DNA of 32,200 nt from Acidobacteriota bacterium (lineage in GTDB: Bacteria > Acidobacteriota > Terriglobia > 20CM-2-55-15): the NCBI GenBank assembly GCA_003223895.1, contig QHXD01000004.1:866-33065 (forward strand), in the 5' to 3' direction. Under the pieces are notes generated by a model. That model did no database searches and was not told the DNA's origin. It worked only from the letters and a program-made list of their open reading frames with translations. How positions within the stretch are numbered: the stretch's first letter is position 1; every line of letters begins with the position of its first letter. Of the stretch, positions 31,596-32,200 are shown in pieces. Made by a program: the position numbers and the translations under genes.

Positions 31596-32200
31596 AAGAG
31601 AAAGTCATCATTGCGCTGGACGTCAGTTCCCGGGAGCAGGCCCTGGCGCTTGTGAAGACCCTCAGGAACATGACCGGAATGTTCAAAGTCGGCGGCCAGC
31701 TGTTCATGGCCGCGGGGCCGGCGATCGTTCGCGAGATTGTGGATCTTGGCGCGAAAGTTTTCCTGGACTTGAAATTCCACGACATACCAAACACCGTGAA
31801 GCATGCGGCCGTGGAAACCGCGAAACTTGGCGCTTCGATGATGACGATTCATGCCAGCGGAGGGCGTGCGATGATCGAGACGACGATTCGCGAGTTGCAC
31901 GACAAATTTGGCGCCAGGAGACCTGCCGTTGTTGCAGTCACTGTCCTTACTAGTCTCGATACACGCGCATTGTTTGAATTAGGGATGGAGCAGCCGATCG
32001 AAGAGCATGTACAACGACTGGGCCTCCTGACGCAGGATTGCGGCGCTGACGGTGGCGTCTGCTCTCCACGTGAAATCCAGGGCCTGCGAAAAGTCGTGAC
32101 GCCCGCGTTCAAGATCGTGACACCCGGGATTCGCATGCCCGATCAATCACTCAATGACCAGCAGCGTATCGCAACACCTCACGAAGCTGTTGCAGCAGGT
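31592..32200 (+). CDS. pyrF: Orotidine 5'-phosphate decarboxylase, N-terminal 203 codons (3' end outside the window)
   Basis: Absent from the ORF track because there is no in-window stop. I translated it by hand from ATG 31592, which overlaps the pyrD stop as ATGA: MKEKVIIALDV...MFKVGGQLF...GAKVFLDLKFHDIPNTV...MMTIHASGG...VLTS...GGVCSP.E....R.....F.IVTPGIR....SLNDQ.R..TP..AV.AG. The frame is open to nt 32200. Confidence 0.88.
   Translation, partial: MKEKVIIALDVSSREQALALVKTLRNMTGMFKVGGQLFMAAGPAIVREIVDLGAKVFLDLKFHDIPNTVKHAAVETAKLGASMMTIHASGGRAMIETTIRELHDKFGARRPAVVAVTVLTSLDTRALFELGMEQPIEEHVQRLGLLTQDCGADGGVCSPREIQGLRKVVTPAFKIVTPGIRMPDQSLNDQQRIATPHEAVAAG

Overview
This is a moderately GC-rich bacterial chromosomal segment (judged by eye, not computed). 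It is densely packed with about 31 protein genes, one tRNA and one insertion sequence. The gene content suggests an Acidobacteriota-like soil bacterium: BlaI/BlaR1-TonB_C sensor pairs, carboxypeptidase-regulatory-like secreted proteins and many exported enzymes. That lineage call is inference only.

Gene order:
- selA 3' end
- a secreted cytochrome-c/beta-propeller protein
- a 44-aa membrane peptide that the >=60-aa ORF track misses
- efp
- a six-gene plus-strand array: blaI-like, blaR1-like(M56+2xTonB_C), msrB, msrA, cytochrome b, Mo-oxidoreductase
- a minus-strand array: UbiA prenyltransferase, CslA-like GT2, Xaa-Pro aminopeptidase
- ChaN/Tiki-like protein, larB, mutS2
- an IS1380-family IS
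- dnaG, rpoD, tRNA(CAT)
- COG1579 zinc-ribbon protein and RNase HI
- DinB-family protein
- leuS
- mscL
- an M20 peptidase
- pyrC, pyrB, pyrR, divergent from pyrD and pyrF (3' end outside the window)

I found no CRISPR array, defence island or clearly novel protein machine. The coding content is mostly housekeeping.

The least explained signal is non-coding: large, near-perfect palindromic elements fill the gaps at gene 3' ends.
- One roughly 86-nt hairpin element occurs twice (16172-16256 and 26051-26136). The two copies differ by a compensatory base-pair change.
- One copy is nested inside a 54-bp perfect inverted repeat. The other is split by the IS.
- A second, unrelated 164-bp inverted-repeat element fills the rnhA/dinB gap.

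Other points of interest:
- an apparently extracytoplasmic methionine-sulfoxide repair cluster behind a BlaI/BlaR1-like pair
- very short divergent intergenic regions with back-to-back -10 boxes, which imply leaderless mRNAs
- an EF-P with a non-canonical loop tip
- an MscL with a C-terminal CxxC...CxxC tail

All homology statements come from reading the translations and from remembered family motifs. No searches were run.
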